A DNA stretch of 64,000 bases from a virus: the IMG/VR virus record IMGVR_UViG_3300023180_005138, positions 1-64,000 of that record; one strand, given 5' to 3'. This document shows positions 8,610-17,260 of the stretch, piece after piece. The position numbers and the translations under genes are program-made. How positions within the stretch are numbered: position 1 is the first letter of the stretch; each line of letters opens with the position of its first letter. The notes under the pieces were generated by a model. That model did not search any database and had not been told where the DNA came from. It saw only the letters and a program-made list of their open reading frames with translations.

Positions 8610-9181
8610 TTTTCTTGTCTTTCAAAGTTAATATATAGCCCAGACTCAATAGAACGATCAATTAATGGGCCTAAAGTATCACTAACATACTCTTTTGCTG
8701 ATATTTCTCCAGAAAAATTTAATTTTGTTAATACATTACCTGGACAAATGCATAGTGTAATAATATCAGGATTATTTATATGATAACAAAGCCCTAACAT
8801 GTTAAAAGCTGCTTTACTACATTTGTGTAGTATGATGTCATTTGGAACTTTTTTAGATTCCTGAGTCCAAGAAAACACTCCTCCTGTAGAGGTTATTAAT
8901 ACTAATTTTTCTTTTATTTGTATATTTTCTAAAATTTTAGAGTAACTAAAGAGGTTTACTTTAAACATATTATAAACCTCTTCACTTCTTTGTGCAGCAG
9001 AAAAAATAACTAAATCAAAATAAACATCTTTTATTTTATTTATGAAATTAGCAACACTTTCTGTGTTACACAAATCTAACTCAGCTCTAGAAGTAGATAA
9101 GACATCATAACTGCTACTATGGTAGTTAGCTAATGCCTTACCTATACCTCTATTAGCACCTATTATTAATGCTTTTTTCAC
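8603..9181 (-). CDS. Short-chain dehydrogenase/reductase
   Basis: GANRGIGKALA Rossmann motif; HKCSKAAFNM at the YxxxK position; CPGNVLT. Confidence 0.85.
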   Translation of the reverse strand: MKKALIIGANRGIGKALANYHSSSYDVLSTSRAELDLCNTESVANFINKIKDVYFDLVIFSAAQRSEEVYNMFKVNLFSYSKILENIQIKEKLVLITSTGGVFSWTQESKKVPNDIILHKCSKAAFNMLGLCYHINNPDIITLCICPGNVLTKLNFSGEISAKEYVSDTLGPLIDRSIESGLYINFERQEKW

Positions 9182-9183
9182 TT

Positions 9184-9723
9184 TTACCAGTCAGGTTGTT
9201 TTAACATTGACATTGCAGAGTCAGTAGTTTCTGTAACTCTCCTAGTCCAACCTCTACCAAAAGTATCAAAAGTTTTTAATGACTCATAATATGCTTGTCT
9301 ACGAGCTTGATATTCGCTAATTATTCCTTCTACGCTTTCCATATTCACAAACTCTGTAACTTTTCTTAGAGTTGCAGGACCAATCGCTCCATCAGCAGAA
9401 GCTCCAATCATTCTTTGTAAATATTTAGCAGCTCTACCTGTTCCAGCATTTACTCCAAAATCAAAAACACATAAATCAAGACCTACAGGAAGTTTATCGC
9501 ATTTTAAACGTCCCCAATAGTTCTTTTCATAAATGGGAGCAACATCTTCGATAGTTAAATCTTTCATGTCTTTTTGATGTAGATCATTTTCCATACACCA
9601 AGCTTCATAAACTCTTTTCGTAACTCCAAGATTTGTTTCTCCACCAGGGTCTTTAGGATGGTTTACGTAACCCCCTTCATGGTGAAGAATAATTTTTAGA
9701 CAATGATTAAAACTATTTGCCAT
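9184..9723 (-). CDS. Endolysin, glycoside hydrolase family 108 with peptidoglycan-binding C-terminus
   Basis: HEGGYVNHPKDPGGETNLGVT, FDFGVNAG, DGAIGPAT, FGRGWTRRV. Confidence 0.93.
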   Translation of the reverse strand: MANSFNHCLKIILHHEGGYVNHPKDPGGETNLGVTKRVYEAWCMENDLHQKDMKDLTIEDVAPIYEKNYWGRLKCDKLPVGLDLCVFDFGVNAGTGRAAKYLQRMIGASADGAIGPATLRKVTEFVNMESVEGIISEYQARRQAYYESLKTFDTFGRGWTRRVTETTDSAMSMLKQPDW

Positions 9724-9758
9724 TTAATAACTCCTTTAGCTTAGTTAAGCTATATAAA

Positions 9759-9787
9759 ATACTAACACAAATTATTTAATTTGTCAA
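9759..9787 (-). promoter_or_regulatory. Sigma70-type promoter for the lysis/curli unit
   Basis: TTGACA-17-TAGTAT; 5' hairpin TAGCTT-AACT-AAGCTA (9737-9752) just before SD AAGGAG. Confidence 0.65.
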
Positions 9788-9793
9788 TACTTA

Positions 9794-10912
9794 CTATCCT
9801 AATTGATACTCTCTTACAGGTATTCTCTCCATATCAAAATTATTTAAATTTAAATAATTAGACCTTCCTATCTCTTTAACAATAGGAATAACTATACTAT
9901 CATTCCACAAATTCATTAAATTAGGAACATATTTTCTCATATGTTTATACACTAAAGAATCTTCATTATCACAAACATCAGATCTAAGATCATTTCCTAA
10001 TCCTGTGGGTTTTACTGCTTGCCATCTTTGATCAAACGGTAGTCTACAAGCCGCTTCTAAATGTTGTCTAATTGATCTGCCATCTTTTAGTATACTAGTT
10101 TCTTTATCGTTTAATCCTCCCAACACTTTATTTGTTGGAAGATTATACTCTTCCCAATAATTTTTAACTAAATAACACTGTTTTACATGTAATTTAGGTA
10201 GATCAGGGCTAGTAAAAAACCACTCTCCTGCTAAAGCAGCTGCGATTCCCCAGCCGCTTAATTTATTATACCAAGTTCCGTTTCTAACTGTTAGTACGGG
10301 TTTGTTCTCTCCATAGATTTGTCCAACATTGCCCTTCGCGTATATCTGACTATGGTTATACTCAGCGAAATCATAAGCCCCAAATCTTCTTATCATACCT
10401 ATGGTTCCATTAAAAGCGGTACCTACCCAACGATCTTTATTACAAAAATCAGTTATTATTTTTTCGTCTACGTGATTAATTGTAACTTTAGTTCCGGGCA
10501 TAAATCTAATATAGGTTTTTACTTTTTGAATAGCTAATTCTATATCTAGCAGGGCGGGGTCATTATTATTAAAACAGATTCGATTTATAACAATTTCGTC
10601 TAAAAAAGTTCTACTTTTTAGAAAACTTTGTAATACAGTTTCTGAGTCCGATCCTCCACTATAATATAAAATTAAATAGTCGTACTTATCTCTAAGTTGT
10701 CTACATCTTTCATCTAATAAATCTAAATAATTTTCTGTAGGCTCGTGGGACCAATCTACAGAATCCCAAAAACCACCGTCGTGAATCACTTCTAAATTAC
10801 TAAGAGTTTCTTTACTTAGTGCAACTTGTAACTTAGTAGAGTATATTTTTTTAGTAGTTTTACTGTGAACTTTAACTCTATCATCGTTTTGGACATGAAA
10901 TAAGTTTCTCAT
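9794..10912 (-). CDS. PP-loop (adenine nucleotide alpha hydrolase) family protein, paralog 1
   Basis: LYYSGGSDSET PP-loop; aligns by eye with 18676..19749. Confidence 0.7.
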   Translation of the reverse strand: MRNLFHVQNDDRVKVHSKTTKKIYSTKLQVALSKETLSNLEVIHDGGFWDSVDWSHEPTENYLDLLDERCRQLRDKYDYLILYYSGGSDSETVLQSFLKSRTFLDEIVINRICFNNNDPALLDIELAIQKVKTYIRFMPGTKVTINHVDEKIITDFCNKDRWVGTAFNGTIGMIRRFGAYDFAEYNHSQIYAKGNVGQIYGENKPVLTVRNGTWYNKLSGWGIAAALAGEWFFTSPDLPKLHVKQCYLVKNYWEEYNLPTNKVLGGLNDKETSILKDGRSIRQHLEAACRLPFDQRWQAVKPTGLGNDLRSDVCDNEDSLVYKHMRKYVPNLMNLWNDSIVIPIVKEIGRSNYLNLNNFDMERIPVREYQLG

Positions 10913-12042
10913 TATAAAGAATTAGAAACCTCTATCATAATATCCTTATTTTCATCTGTTAAATACTCATGAAGGGGAAGAATAACTAATTCTTTTGCTA
11001 GTCGTTGTGCATATGGATACTCAACAGAGTCATAGTCAGAAAAACAAGGCATGTCAGGAAAACACGGATAAACACTAACACCTATTCCAACTTTTTTAAA
11101 CTCTCCTGCCGCTTCTTTTGCACTCATTTTAGAAGGAAAGAATCCAAATCCTGTACAAATATTATTTTCGCCAGTTAATCTTTCTTGTAGAATTTCTTTC
11201 TCAAATAGCTTATTATTTGCTCTACGCTGCTCTCTAACATCATTTTCTATTAGTATATCAATATCCTCTGCTATAATACGAGCAGTAGTATCGTCCATAG
11301 AACTTTTAGATGCAGGAGCAACAAACCCGTTTCTATTTTTATTGAATCCTTGCTGAGTTACTTCTTTCATATCATCTATTAGACGCTTACTAGAAGTGGC
11401 AACTGCCCCTCCTGTACCAGTGCTTGCTGGGTGTTTAGCAATATCAAAACTATAACAAGAAATATCTGCGTATCCCGGTTTATTACCTCCATCATTCATG
11501 TAGAATGCATTAGCAGCATCTTCAACAATCCACACATTTTTTGGGGCTATATTAGAAATCATTTCTACGTCTTGTACCCTTCCTAATAAATGAACGGGCA
11601 TAACAACCTTTGCAGTTGGAAATTTATCTAGAGCCTCTGCTAGACTATTAGGGCACATCATGGCGTCAGGTCCGTTATCACAGAATATAATTTTTCTGTT
11701 TATCCATAAAATGTTTTCAGGAGTAGCAATAAATCCCCAAGCGGGAATAATAACTTGATCACCTGGTTCTGTAGTTACTGCAAGTGCCGCTTGTATAGCA
11801 TCACTACCACAGTCAGTAAAATGCCAATGGTTAATTCCACTATGAAGTGTACATTTATTTGCTAAAGCGGCTCTACTAGGAGTATAATAATCGCTACTAG
11901 GCCCCGCACTTAGCCAGTCTGAGATAGTGTCTAGTCCTAATTCGTAGGCTTTTACATATCTATCTTTATATCTCTCGATTCTCTGTTTATATGCAAAATA
12001 TGGTACGTTTTGATTCTGATATTTATCTGGTATATCAACCAT
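10912..12042 (-). CDS. DegT/DnrJ/EryC1/StrS PLP-dependent sugar aminotransferase, paralog 1
   Basis: PGDQVIIPAWGFIAT, MPVHLLG, VEDAA, SFDIAKHP (PLP Lys), ILPLH. Confidence 0.88.
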   Translation of the reverse strand: MVDIPDKYQNQNVPYFAYKQRIERYKDRYVKAYELGLDTISDWLSAGPSSDYYTPSRAALANKCTLHSGINHWHFTDCGSDAIQAALAVTTEPGDQVIIPAWGFIATPENILWINRKIIFCDNGPDAMMCPNSLAEALDKFPTAKVVMPVHLLGRVQDVEMISNIAPKNVWIVEDAANAFYMNDGGNKPGYADISCYSFDIAKHPASTGTGGAVATSSKRLIDDMKEVTQQGFNKNRNGFVAPASKSSMDDTTARIIAEDIDILIENDVREQRRANNKLFEKEILQERLTGENNICTGFGFFPSKMSAKEAAGEFKKVGIGVSVYPCFPDMPCFSDYDSVEYPYAQRLAKELVILPLHEYLTDENKDIMIEVSNSL

Positions 12043-12226
12043 TTTTTACCCTTTCTTTATACGCTTCTTCAAAACCTGTTTCGTGAAGATAGCTTTCTTC
12101 ATTATACCAACACCTTTTAAAAAAATTATCATAACAAGCTTGTTTAGTATTATCATCCCAGTGTTGTGGCATAAGAGTTCCTTTTATAATCCAATATAAC
12201 CTGTTCATTTCTATATCAGTAGGCAT
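12035..12226 (-). CDS. Hypothetical protein
   Basis: SD AGGAG, in operon context. Confidence 0.6.
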   Translation of the reverse strand: MPTDIEMNRLYWIIKGTLMPQHWDDNTKQACYDNFFKRCWYNEESYLHETGFEEAYKERVKNG

Positions 12227-12291
12227 ATTATTCTCCTATATAATAGTCTTTTCCAAAAGAATATTTAAGTATATCTCTAACCTAGCTGATT

Positions 12292-12597
12292 TCATATATT
12301 TTTTTCTAAAGCCGATAGCATAAACTCATATTCAAATTTAGGAATTTTATTCTCTTTAAAAGCTGTATGTATCCTATACTCTACTTTCTTTAATTTTTCT
12401 TGAAGTCCGTTAGCAAGTGTATTAATTACACACATACTTTCCCTGTCAAAAGGATGCTCCAATTCACACCCTGCTTTTTTAATTTGATCTGTAAGATTAT
12501 TAATAATCTTCATATATTTTTCTCTTTCTTTATCCAAAAGAGATTCCATTTTTTCCATAGTAAGAACTGTGTGTGGAGTTGTTTCTTCATCGACCAC
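12292..12597 (-). CDS. Hypothetical protein
   Basis: ORF abutting neighbours. Confidence 0.55.
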   Translation of the reverse strand: MVDEETTPHTVLTMEKMESLLDKEREKYMKIINNLTDQIKKAGCELEHPFDRESMCVINTLANGLQEKLKKVEYRIHTAFKENKIPKFEYEFMLSALEKNI

Positions 12598-12598
12598 T

Positions 12599-12790
12599 TT
12601 ATTTATCTCCTGTATTGAGATACCTTTTTTCTATTTTTTTAATTGTATCCCATTGTACATTATTAAGTTGAAAATATAGTTTTTGGTGATTTAAACACCC
12701 TCTGATAAAATCATAATCTCTTTTATCTAACTCTACATTTAAATACTTTTCTAAATAATTATAAGGTAGTTTCCGTCTTTTATGTCTCAT
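12599..12790 (-). CDS. Hypothetical protein
   Basis: ORF overlapping upstream stop. Confidence 0.5.
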   Translation of the reverse strand: MRHKRRKLPYNYLEKYLNVELDKRDYDFIRGCLNHQKLYFQLNNVQWDTIKKIEKRYLNTGDK

Positions 12791-13451
12791 TAATTTTCTT
12801 GTACGTTAAAATTCTGTTTTTTAAATCAGGCAAAAATAAAACGGCGCGTTGCTCAAATATCTGAGGCTCTGCTTCTCCGTCTACACCAATTACTACTACG
12901 ATCTTCTTAATATCTGTTCCAAATAACTCATTATGAGCATAAGCATAACCAGAACATTGAAGATAGTAGTCTTTAATATCTTTTCCTTTTTTTAACTTCT
13001 TTGAAGTTTTAAAATCTATAATAGCTGGAACATCATTCCAACGTCCAATCATATCGACTCTACCAGCAAAGCCTAGAGAAGGGCTCCAAACAGGAATTTC
13101 TTGTGCCCAAACTTCGGTAACATTTTTAGAAGTTCCTCGTATAAGAGCATTAGCAGGACCACGTACTTTAGGAGATTCTTTAGCTAAATCTTCTGTAATA
13201 TCTTCGTCATTCCAGTACTTTTCTAAATATTCGTGTACTAATGTTCCTCGATCTGTTGCTTCTTTAGAGATACGAGCAGCTTCTTCTTCCCCTACTTTAT
13301 CCTTCCATTTTTGTAGCCAAACTAGACTAGGAGATGTTTTACCTAATAAGGTAGTAATACTAGGATAAGCACCATCTGGGGTAAAATAAGTACGTCCTGT
13401 CGGCAGCGTCTCTGCTGTCACAGATTCAGTAATTTCATAATTTAGTTGCAT
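12780..13451 (-). CDS. PD-(D/E)XK exonuclease (RecB/Cas4-like fold, phage type)
   Basis: YPSITTLLG, RGTLVH, FAGRVD, IIDFKTS, Q...Y motif. Confidence 0.85.
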   Translation of the reverse strand: MQLNYEITESVTAETLPTGRTYFTPDGAYPSITTLLGKTSPSLVWLQKWKDKVGEEEAARISKEATDRGTLVHEYLEKYWNDEDITEDLAKESPKVRGPANALIRGTSKNVTEVWAQEIPVWSPSLGFAGRVDMIGRWNDVPAIIDFKTSKKLKKGKDIKDYYLQCSGYAYAHNELFGTDIKKIVVVIGVDGEAEPQIFEQRAVLFLPDLKNRILTYKKINET

Positions 13452-13453
13452 TA

Positions 13454-13786
13454 TTAATAACTAATTTTAGTACCTTTAAGTAATATTTGATTACCCATAG
13501 ACAAGATACAACTAATCCCTTCTGCAAATGTAATAGTTAAAACAAAAGAATAGTTATCCTTTAAAGGACGACCCCAATAAGTAATTATATTAAGTCCCTC
13601 TTCTTCTACCCAGTTTTTTTGTACAGTAAAATTTTCATTTCTTAGTATGTCTAAAAACTCTTTACTGTTAGGGGAACAAAATAAAGGAATGGACAAATAT
13701 CCTCCGGTTGCTTGTGCTTTAACAGGCATTATTGGAAAGAGAATCATAAAAGCTACCAATAGTAGTTTTGTTAGTCTCTTTTTCAT
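13454..13786 (-). CDS. Hypothetical secreted protein
   Basis: Signal peptide, two Cys. Confidence 0.55.
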   Translation of the reverse strand: MKKRLTKLLLVAFMILFPIMPVKAQATGGYLSIPLFCSPNSKEFLDILRNENFTVQKNWVEEEGLNIITYWGRPLKDNYSFVLTITFAEGISCILSMGNQILLKGTKISY

Positions 13787-13792
13787 AAAAAT

Positions 13793-13819
13793 AAAAAAGG
13801 GGGTGCAATACGCACCCCC
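13793..13819 (-). terminator. Rho-independent terminator after hsp20
   Basis: GGGGGTGC-GTATT-GCACCCCC-TTTTTT on minus strand. Confidence 0.85.
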
Positions 13820-13836
13820 CTCCTCCTTAAGTTTAT

Positions 13837-14268
13837 TTACTTAATTGTAATTAACTTAGGCTTTTTCCCTTCTGGAATAATTCGCTCAAGCTCTACCGTG
13901 AGCATACCATTCGAGTACTCAGCGTCATTTACTACAATATCGTCTGCTAGAGTAAACTTTCTAGTGAACTTTTTAAAGGAAATACCTTTATAGATAGTAT
14001 CTGTTGCTGTGTCAACTCCTTCATAAGTAGAACGAACTGTTAGAACTCCATCAGCTACTTCAACCTCTAAGTCCTTTTTAGAAAGACCAGCTACTGCTAG
14101 GTCGATAAAGTATTTTTGTCCCTCTTTACGAATATTGTAAGGTGGGAACCCTGTAGACTGAGACTGATGCTGTGTGTATGTCATCAGCTGATCGAATAGA
14201 CGATCAAAACCTACAGCGTAGGGGGTTAGACGATTTACGTCAAAAAGTGATAGTTGATTGCTTACCAT
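13837..14268 (-). CDS. hsp20: Small heat-shock protein Hsp20 (IbpA-like)
   Basis: GFDRLF, FPPYNI, LAVAG, YKGIS...FTRKFTLAD, NGMLTVELERIIPE; start moved to ATG 14268 (SD AGGAG). Confidence 0.93.
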   Translation of the reverse strand: MVSNQLSLFDVNRLTPYAVGFDRLFDQLMTYTQHQSQSTGFPPYNIRKEGQKYFIDLAVAGLSKKDLEVEVADGVLTVRSTYEGVDTATDTIYKGISFKKFTRKFTLADDIVVNDAEYSNGMLTVELERIIPEGKKPKLITIK

Positions 14269-14274
14269 TGTATT

Positions 14275-14319
14275 TCTCCTATTAAGCAAGATTTATTTGG
14301 GTTTCCATTAGGCAAACCC
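14275..14319 (-). promoter_or_regulatory. ROSE-like RNA thermometer in hsp20 5' UTR
   Basis: UCUU-G-CU-UAAU-AG-GAGA hairpin pairs UUGCU with the SD, with a bulged G; second hairpin GGGUUU(G)CC-UAAU-GGAAACCC upstream. Confidence 0.65.
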
Positions 14320-14324
14320 TCTGG

Positions 14325-14369
14325 TTAGTTAATTTCTAATAATTTGTTGACTAATTTTTCAGTAGTCAT
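14325..14369 (-). CDS. Possible 14-aa upstream ORF in hsp20 leader
   Basis: MTTEKLVNKLLEIN, SD GGAG at good spacing, downstream of promoter. Confidence 0.3.
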   Translation of the reverse strand: MTTEKLVNKLLEIN

Positions 14370-14389
14370 ATTAAACTCCACTATCAAAT

Positions 14390-14418
14390 AGAATACTATA
14401 AAAATAACTACTGTGCAA
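14390..14418 (-). promoter_or_regulatory. Sigma70-type promoter for hsp20
   Basis: TTGCAC-17-TATTCT (same hexamers as 17188-17216). Confidence 0.6.
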
Positions 14419-14429
14419 GAAAAATTTCT

Positions 14430-15293
14430 CTATTTTTGGATAGCAGGTGACCAGTGTGTTGTTCTCTTATCATCAAGAACAATTCTTTCAATAGGGTTTC
14501 CATAGGGATCTTCTTTTTGAGAATAAACCATTACCCCTATTCTAGACTTCATCATATCATCTGCTTTAGACGGAAAAGCTACATAGTCACCTTGATTATT
14601 GTATAAATCAGAATAATTTCTAATGGTTGCACCACCAGACTCAAGTGAATTTTTAAGTACAGTTTTAACTGATTTGTATAGTCTAAGAAGTTCTTTTTCT
14701 GAGCAGCTACCCACTGTACGGTGAGGAGCCAAAGCCGATAAAAAAAGAGACTCAGATTTATATATATTTCCAACACCTGATACATTTTTTTGTTCCATTA
14801 AAAATTTTACTAAAGAGCTGTTTTTTCGCTTTTCGCATATTTGTAACCAAGTTTCTTCGTCACAAGGTTCATTTAACATATCTGGACCAATTTCAGATAG
14901 TTTTTTATTTAAATGTGTCTGACAGTCGGCACCCGAAAAAAATTTAAGAGTGCCAAAGTTACGCATATCGGAATAGTATACAGAAAAACCGTCATTAAAG
15001 TCCCAACGAACTCTTGCATATTTATTATCTTCTGTTTTATAAGTACCTGTCATACCCAGTGTACTAAATATAACTCCAGAGCTAGTAATCCAATAAATAA
15101 ACTTACCTTTATTGTTAACTCCAAGTACTTTTTGAGGCTCTTCGTTAATTGTATAGTCTAAATATTCTGTAAACCCGTCAGGTTCTTTTTTGAGATATCT
15201 TCCAGTTAAAATTTCTATATTTGAGATAGTCTTTCCATTTATAACGGAATGTAACTGTCGTGCTACTATAGTGCACTCCGGTCCTTCTGGCAT
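14430..15293 (-). CDS. Fpg/Nei DNA glycosylase (H2TH), zincless-finger type
   Basis: N-terminal MPEGPE, KGK, LGMTG, DMRNFG, IGPD, SGVGNIYKSESLF; C-terminal finger lacks Cys. Confidence 0.9.
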   Translation of the reverse strand: MPEGPECTIVARQLHSVINGKTISNIEILTGRYLKKEPDGFTEYLDYTINEEPQKVLGVNNKGKFIYWITSSGVIFSTLGMTGTYKTEDNKYARVRWDFNDGFSVYYSDMRNFGTLKFFSGADCQTHLNKKLSEIGPDMLNEPCDEETWLQICEKRKNSSLVKFLMEQKNVSGVGNIYKSESLFLSALAPHRTVGSCSEKELLRLYKSVKTVLKNSLESGGATIRNYSDLYNNQGDYVAFPSKADDMMKSRIGVMVYSQKEDPYGNPIERIVLDDKRTTHWSPAIQK

Positions 15294-15417
15294 TATACTC
15301 TCTTTCTTCTTTCATTTTACGAACTAAAAATTGATCCCAACTTTCATTTTCATGAGGGTGGTCTTTATAGTCAAAGGTCGGAGGCGGATCGTCTTTTTGC
15401 ACTTTCAACCAACTCAA
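15178..15417 (-). CDS. Hypothetical protein (overlaps neighbours)
   Basis: ORF track; N-terminal half in the gap looks real, but it has long overlaps. Confidence 0.35.
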   Translation of the reverse strand: MSWLKVQKDDPPPTFDYKDHPHENESWDQFLVRKMKEEREYNARRTGVHYSSTTVTFRYKWKDYLKYRNFNWKISQKRT

Positions 15418-15673
15418 TAATAGTCATAATCTCAGTTTGTTTTTCTTCTAGCTCTTCTTTCTTGCGTTTGTAAAGAGCTGTTGCAGCAGCACGAATCGCA
15501 GAAGCATTAAAACCATAAGCTTCTTTTACTTCCTTTACAATATCGTTATTTAATTCACGAAAACTTTCAATCTGAAGAAGATTATCAGTAATCGCAGTAA
15601 TTTTTGTCATAAGCTCTTGCTTATCAATCATGCTCGGGTCTACTATACGGACCACGTTCTTCTCTTCTGGCAT
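15371..15673 (-). CDS. dsDNA-binding protein, T4 DsbA/GapR-like
   Basis: Helical pattern (I..F.EL..DI...VKE.YG.....IR......YK...E..E.E..EI..I.E) recalls T4 DsbA. Confidence 0.6.
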   Translation of the reverse strand: MPEEKNVVRIVDPSMIDKQELMTKITAITDNLLQIESFRELNNDIVKEVKEAYGFNASAIRAAATALYKRKKEELEEKQTEIMTIIELVESAKRRSASDL

Positions 15674-15995
15674 TTAATTCCTCGTTTGTTATAAGTGTAA
15701 ATTTCTGTCTTTTATAATCTGGATCTTCTCTAAGAAGTCCATATTCTATTAAATTATCGCATAATTTAACTATATTGTCAATGTTAGATTCATCTCCGAA
15801 TTCTACATTGTTCGACTCAGCGACTTTTTGTATTGCTAACCATAGATTAAATAATCCTATATGTGTAGATCCATCTTCTCTAGATACTGCTAGTTCCCAC
15901 CTAGAGGTTCCAGATATAGACTCTTCTTCTTCGTCCATTACATCAATGGGAGTTTTTTTAAATAAAAGATATACATCTTTCTCAAGTTGATTCAT
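15624..15995 (-). CDS. Hypothetical protein
   Basis: ORF in operon. Confidence 0.55.
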   Translation of the reverse strand: MNQLEKDVYLLFKKTPIDVMDEEEESISGTSRWELAVSREDGSTHIGLFNLWLAIQKVAESNNVEFGDESNIDNIVKLCDNLIEYGLLREDPDYKRQKFTLITNEELNARREERGPYSRPEHD

Positions 15996-16774
15996 AAAAG
16001 GCTCCTTAAATCTTCAACTATTTCTTTTAAAGGTCTTATTTCTGTTATATGATCTATTCCGTACCCAGAATATATAATACCTTTTTTACCTGTTTGTACT
16101 CCTAATCTAAGATCATCTGTATGATTTAAATCGGTTGTTGTAAACTCAGTTAGTTTTAGTCCGTTTTTAGGCATTGTTACTATATCTTTAGTAGTTTTTT
16201 CTACTAGTAATTGTTTAGCTTCTTTTGATAAAGGACTTTCTTGGCTAGCAGCAAAAAGAGTGCCAATAGCACAAGCTATAGCGCCGTTATCTAAATAATA
16301 TTTTACTTGTTTTGGAGAGTGAATTCCTCCACTAACTATTATATCTTTATAAGGATATAAACTTTTTGCTTGAATAAAAACGTCTTTTAAAGATTTATCT
16401 CCTGGTAGTCCTGCAGCTTCTGCTCCTTTACAAAGTATAGTAGGAGCTTTATCCATATGTACTTTCTTAAATACAACTCTAATACCTGCATCTAATAATT
16501 GTTCTACTCTAATAAGTAGCTTTTCAAAATCAGAAACAGTATCAAAACCTAGTATTTCTATTATTTTAAAACCAGATTTTCTAAAATCTATTTTCATTAT
16601 TCTAGCAGCTACAACACTTACATATAAATAATTACCAAAATCTATTAAATCTTTTGAGGGAATTGTAGAGTTTCTATCAAAGAAAACTCCAGGAGTAATA
16701 TCTGCATCAATACAGGCTTCTATATATTCTCTACTATACACCTGATTCATAGGTGCTGATATTATATTTTTCAT
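15992..16774 (-). CDS. Nitronate monooxygenase/FabK-like FMN TIM-barrel enzyme
   Basis: IISAPMN start, KGAEAAG, IIVSGGI, GAIACAIGTLFAASQES, YSGYGIDHI; start moved to 16774, downstream of terminator. Confidence 0.75.
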   Translation of the reverse strand: MKNIISAPMNQVYSREYIEACIDADITPGVFFDRNSTIPSKDLIDFGNYLYVSVVAARIMKIDFRKSGFKIIEILGFDTVSDFEKLLIRVEQLLDAGIRVVFKKVHMDKAPTILCKGAEAAGLPGDKSLKDVFIQAKSLYPYKDIIVSGGIHSPKQVKYYLDNGAIACAIGTLFAASQESPLSKEAKQLLVEKTTKDIVTMPKNGLKLTEFTTTDLNHTDDLRLGVQTGKKGIIYSGYGIDHITEIRPLKEIVEDLRSLL

Positions 16775-16785
16775 GAGTCTCCAAT

Positions 16786-16810
16786 AAAAAATGGGGGCAC
16801 ACGTCCCCCA
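16786..16810 (-). terminator. Rho-independent terminator (T-rich on both sides)
   Basis: TGGGGG-ACGTGTG-CCCCCA-TTTTTT. Confidence 0.7.
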
Positions 16811-16818
16811 CTTTCTTT

Positions 16819-17169
16819 TTATACTGTATATGCCCAATCTTGTAGACGGTCTTCTGACATCCAAGAAAGTTCAGCGGCAATTTTATTAACCTTTTCAGAG
16901 ACGCTACCCTGTGTTCGAAGCACACTTCGAGAGTGGTCTAGGAAAAGATAATAAGGATTTTGTGAAACGTCATCACCAGGCTGAGGAACTCCGTTCCCAA
17001 GATACTTATGAGAAGGATGGCTAAACAACCAGTCTCCTGCATAATCATAGTTACTCATATGAGAAATAAGATCAATCTTCATATCATTACTTCCCTTTGA
17101 TAGAATAACGCGTTTTGTTTCACGATAAAAATTTAAGTATGGATTTTTGTTTTTCCAACGAATCATCAT
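16819..17169 (-). CDS. Hypothetical protein (early-type)
   Basis: Directly downstream of promoter, ends before terminator. Confidence 0.6.
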   Translation of the reverse strand: MMIRWKNKNPYLNFYRETKRVILSKGSNDMKIDLISHMSNYDYAGDWLFSHPSHKYLGNGVPQPGDDVSQNPYYLFLDHSRSVLRTQGSVSEKVNKIAAELSWMSEDRLQDWAYTV

Positions 17170-17187
17170 TTATTTATTTCCACAATT

Positions 17188-17216
17188 AGAATAGCACACT
17201 TTTCAGGTTTGTGCAA
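17188..17216 (-). promoter_or_regulatory. Sigma70-type promoter
   Basis: TTGCAC-17-TATTCT with TG at extended -10. Confidence 0.65.
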
Positions 17217-17260
17217 ATTCAAAATTTCATTAATTCCTGCACTGCATTTTAGCCAGTGCT

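Noticed and set aside
12780-13451. Cas4-like nuclease suggesting CRISPR
   Set aside because: No repeat-spacer array or other cas genes seen; lacks the Cas4 Fe-S Cys set; common phage exonuclease
17222-17259. Hairpin GCACTG/CAGTGC and SD-led MKF minigene; similar MS minigene near 2955
   Set aside because: Too short to distinguish from chance in AT-rich DNA
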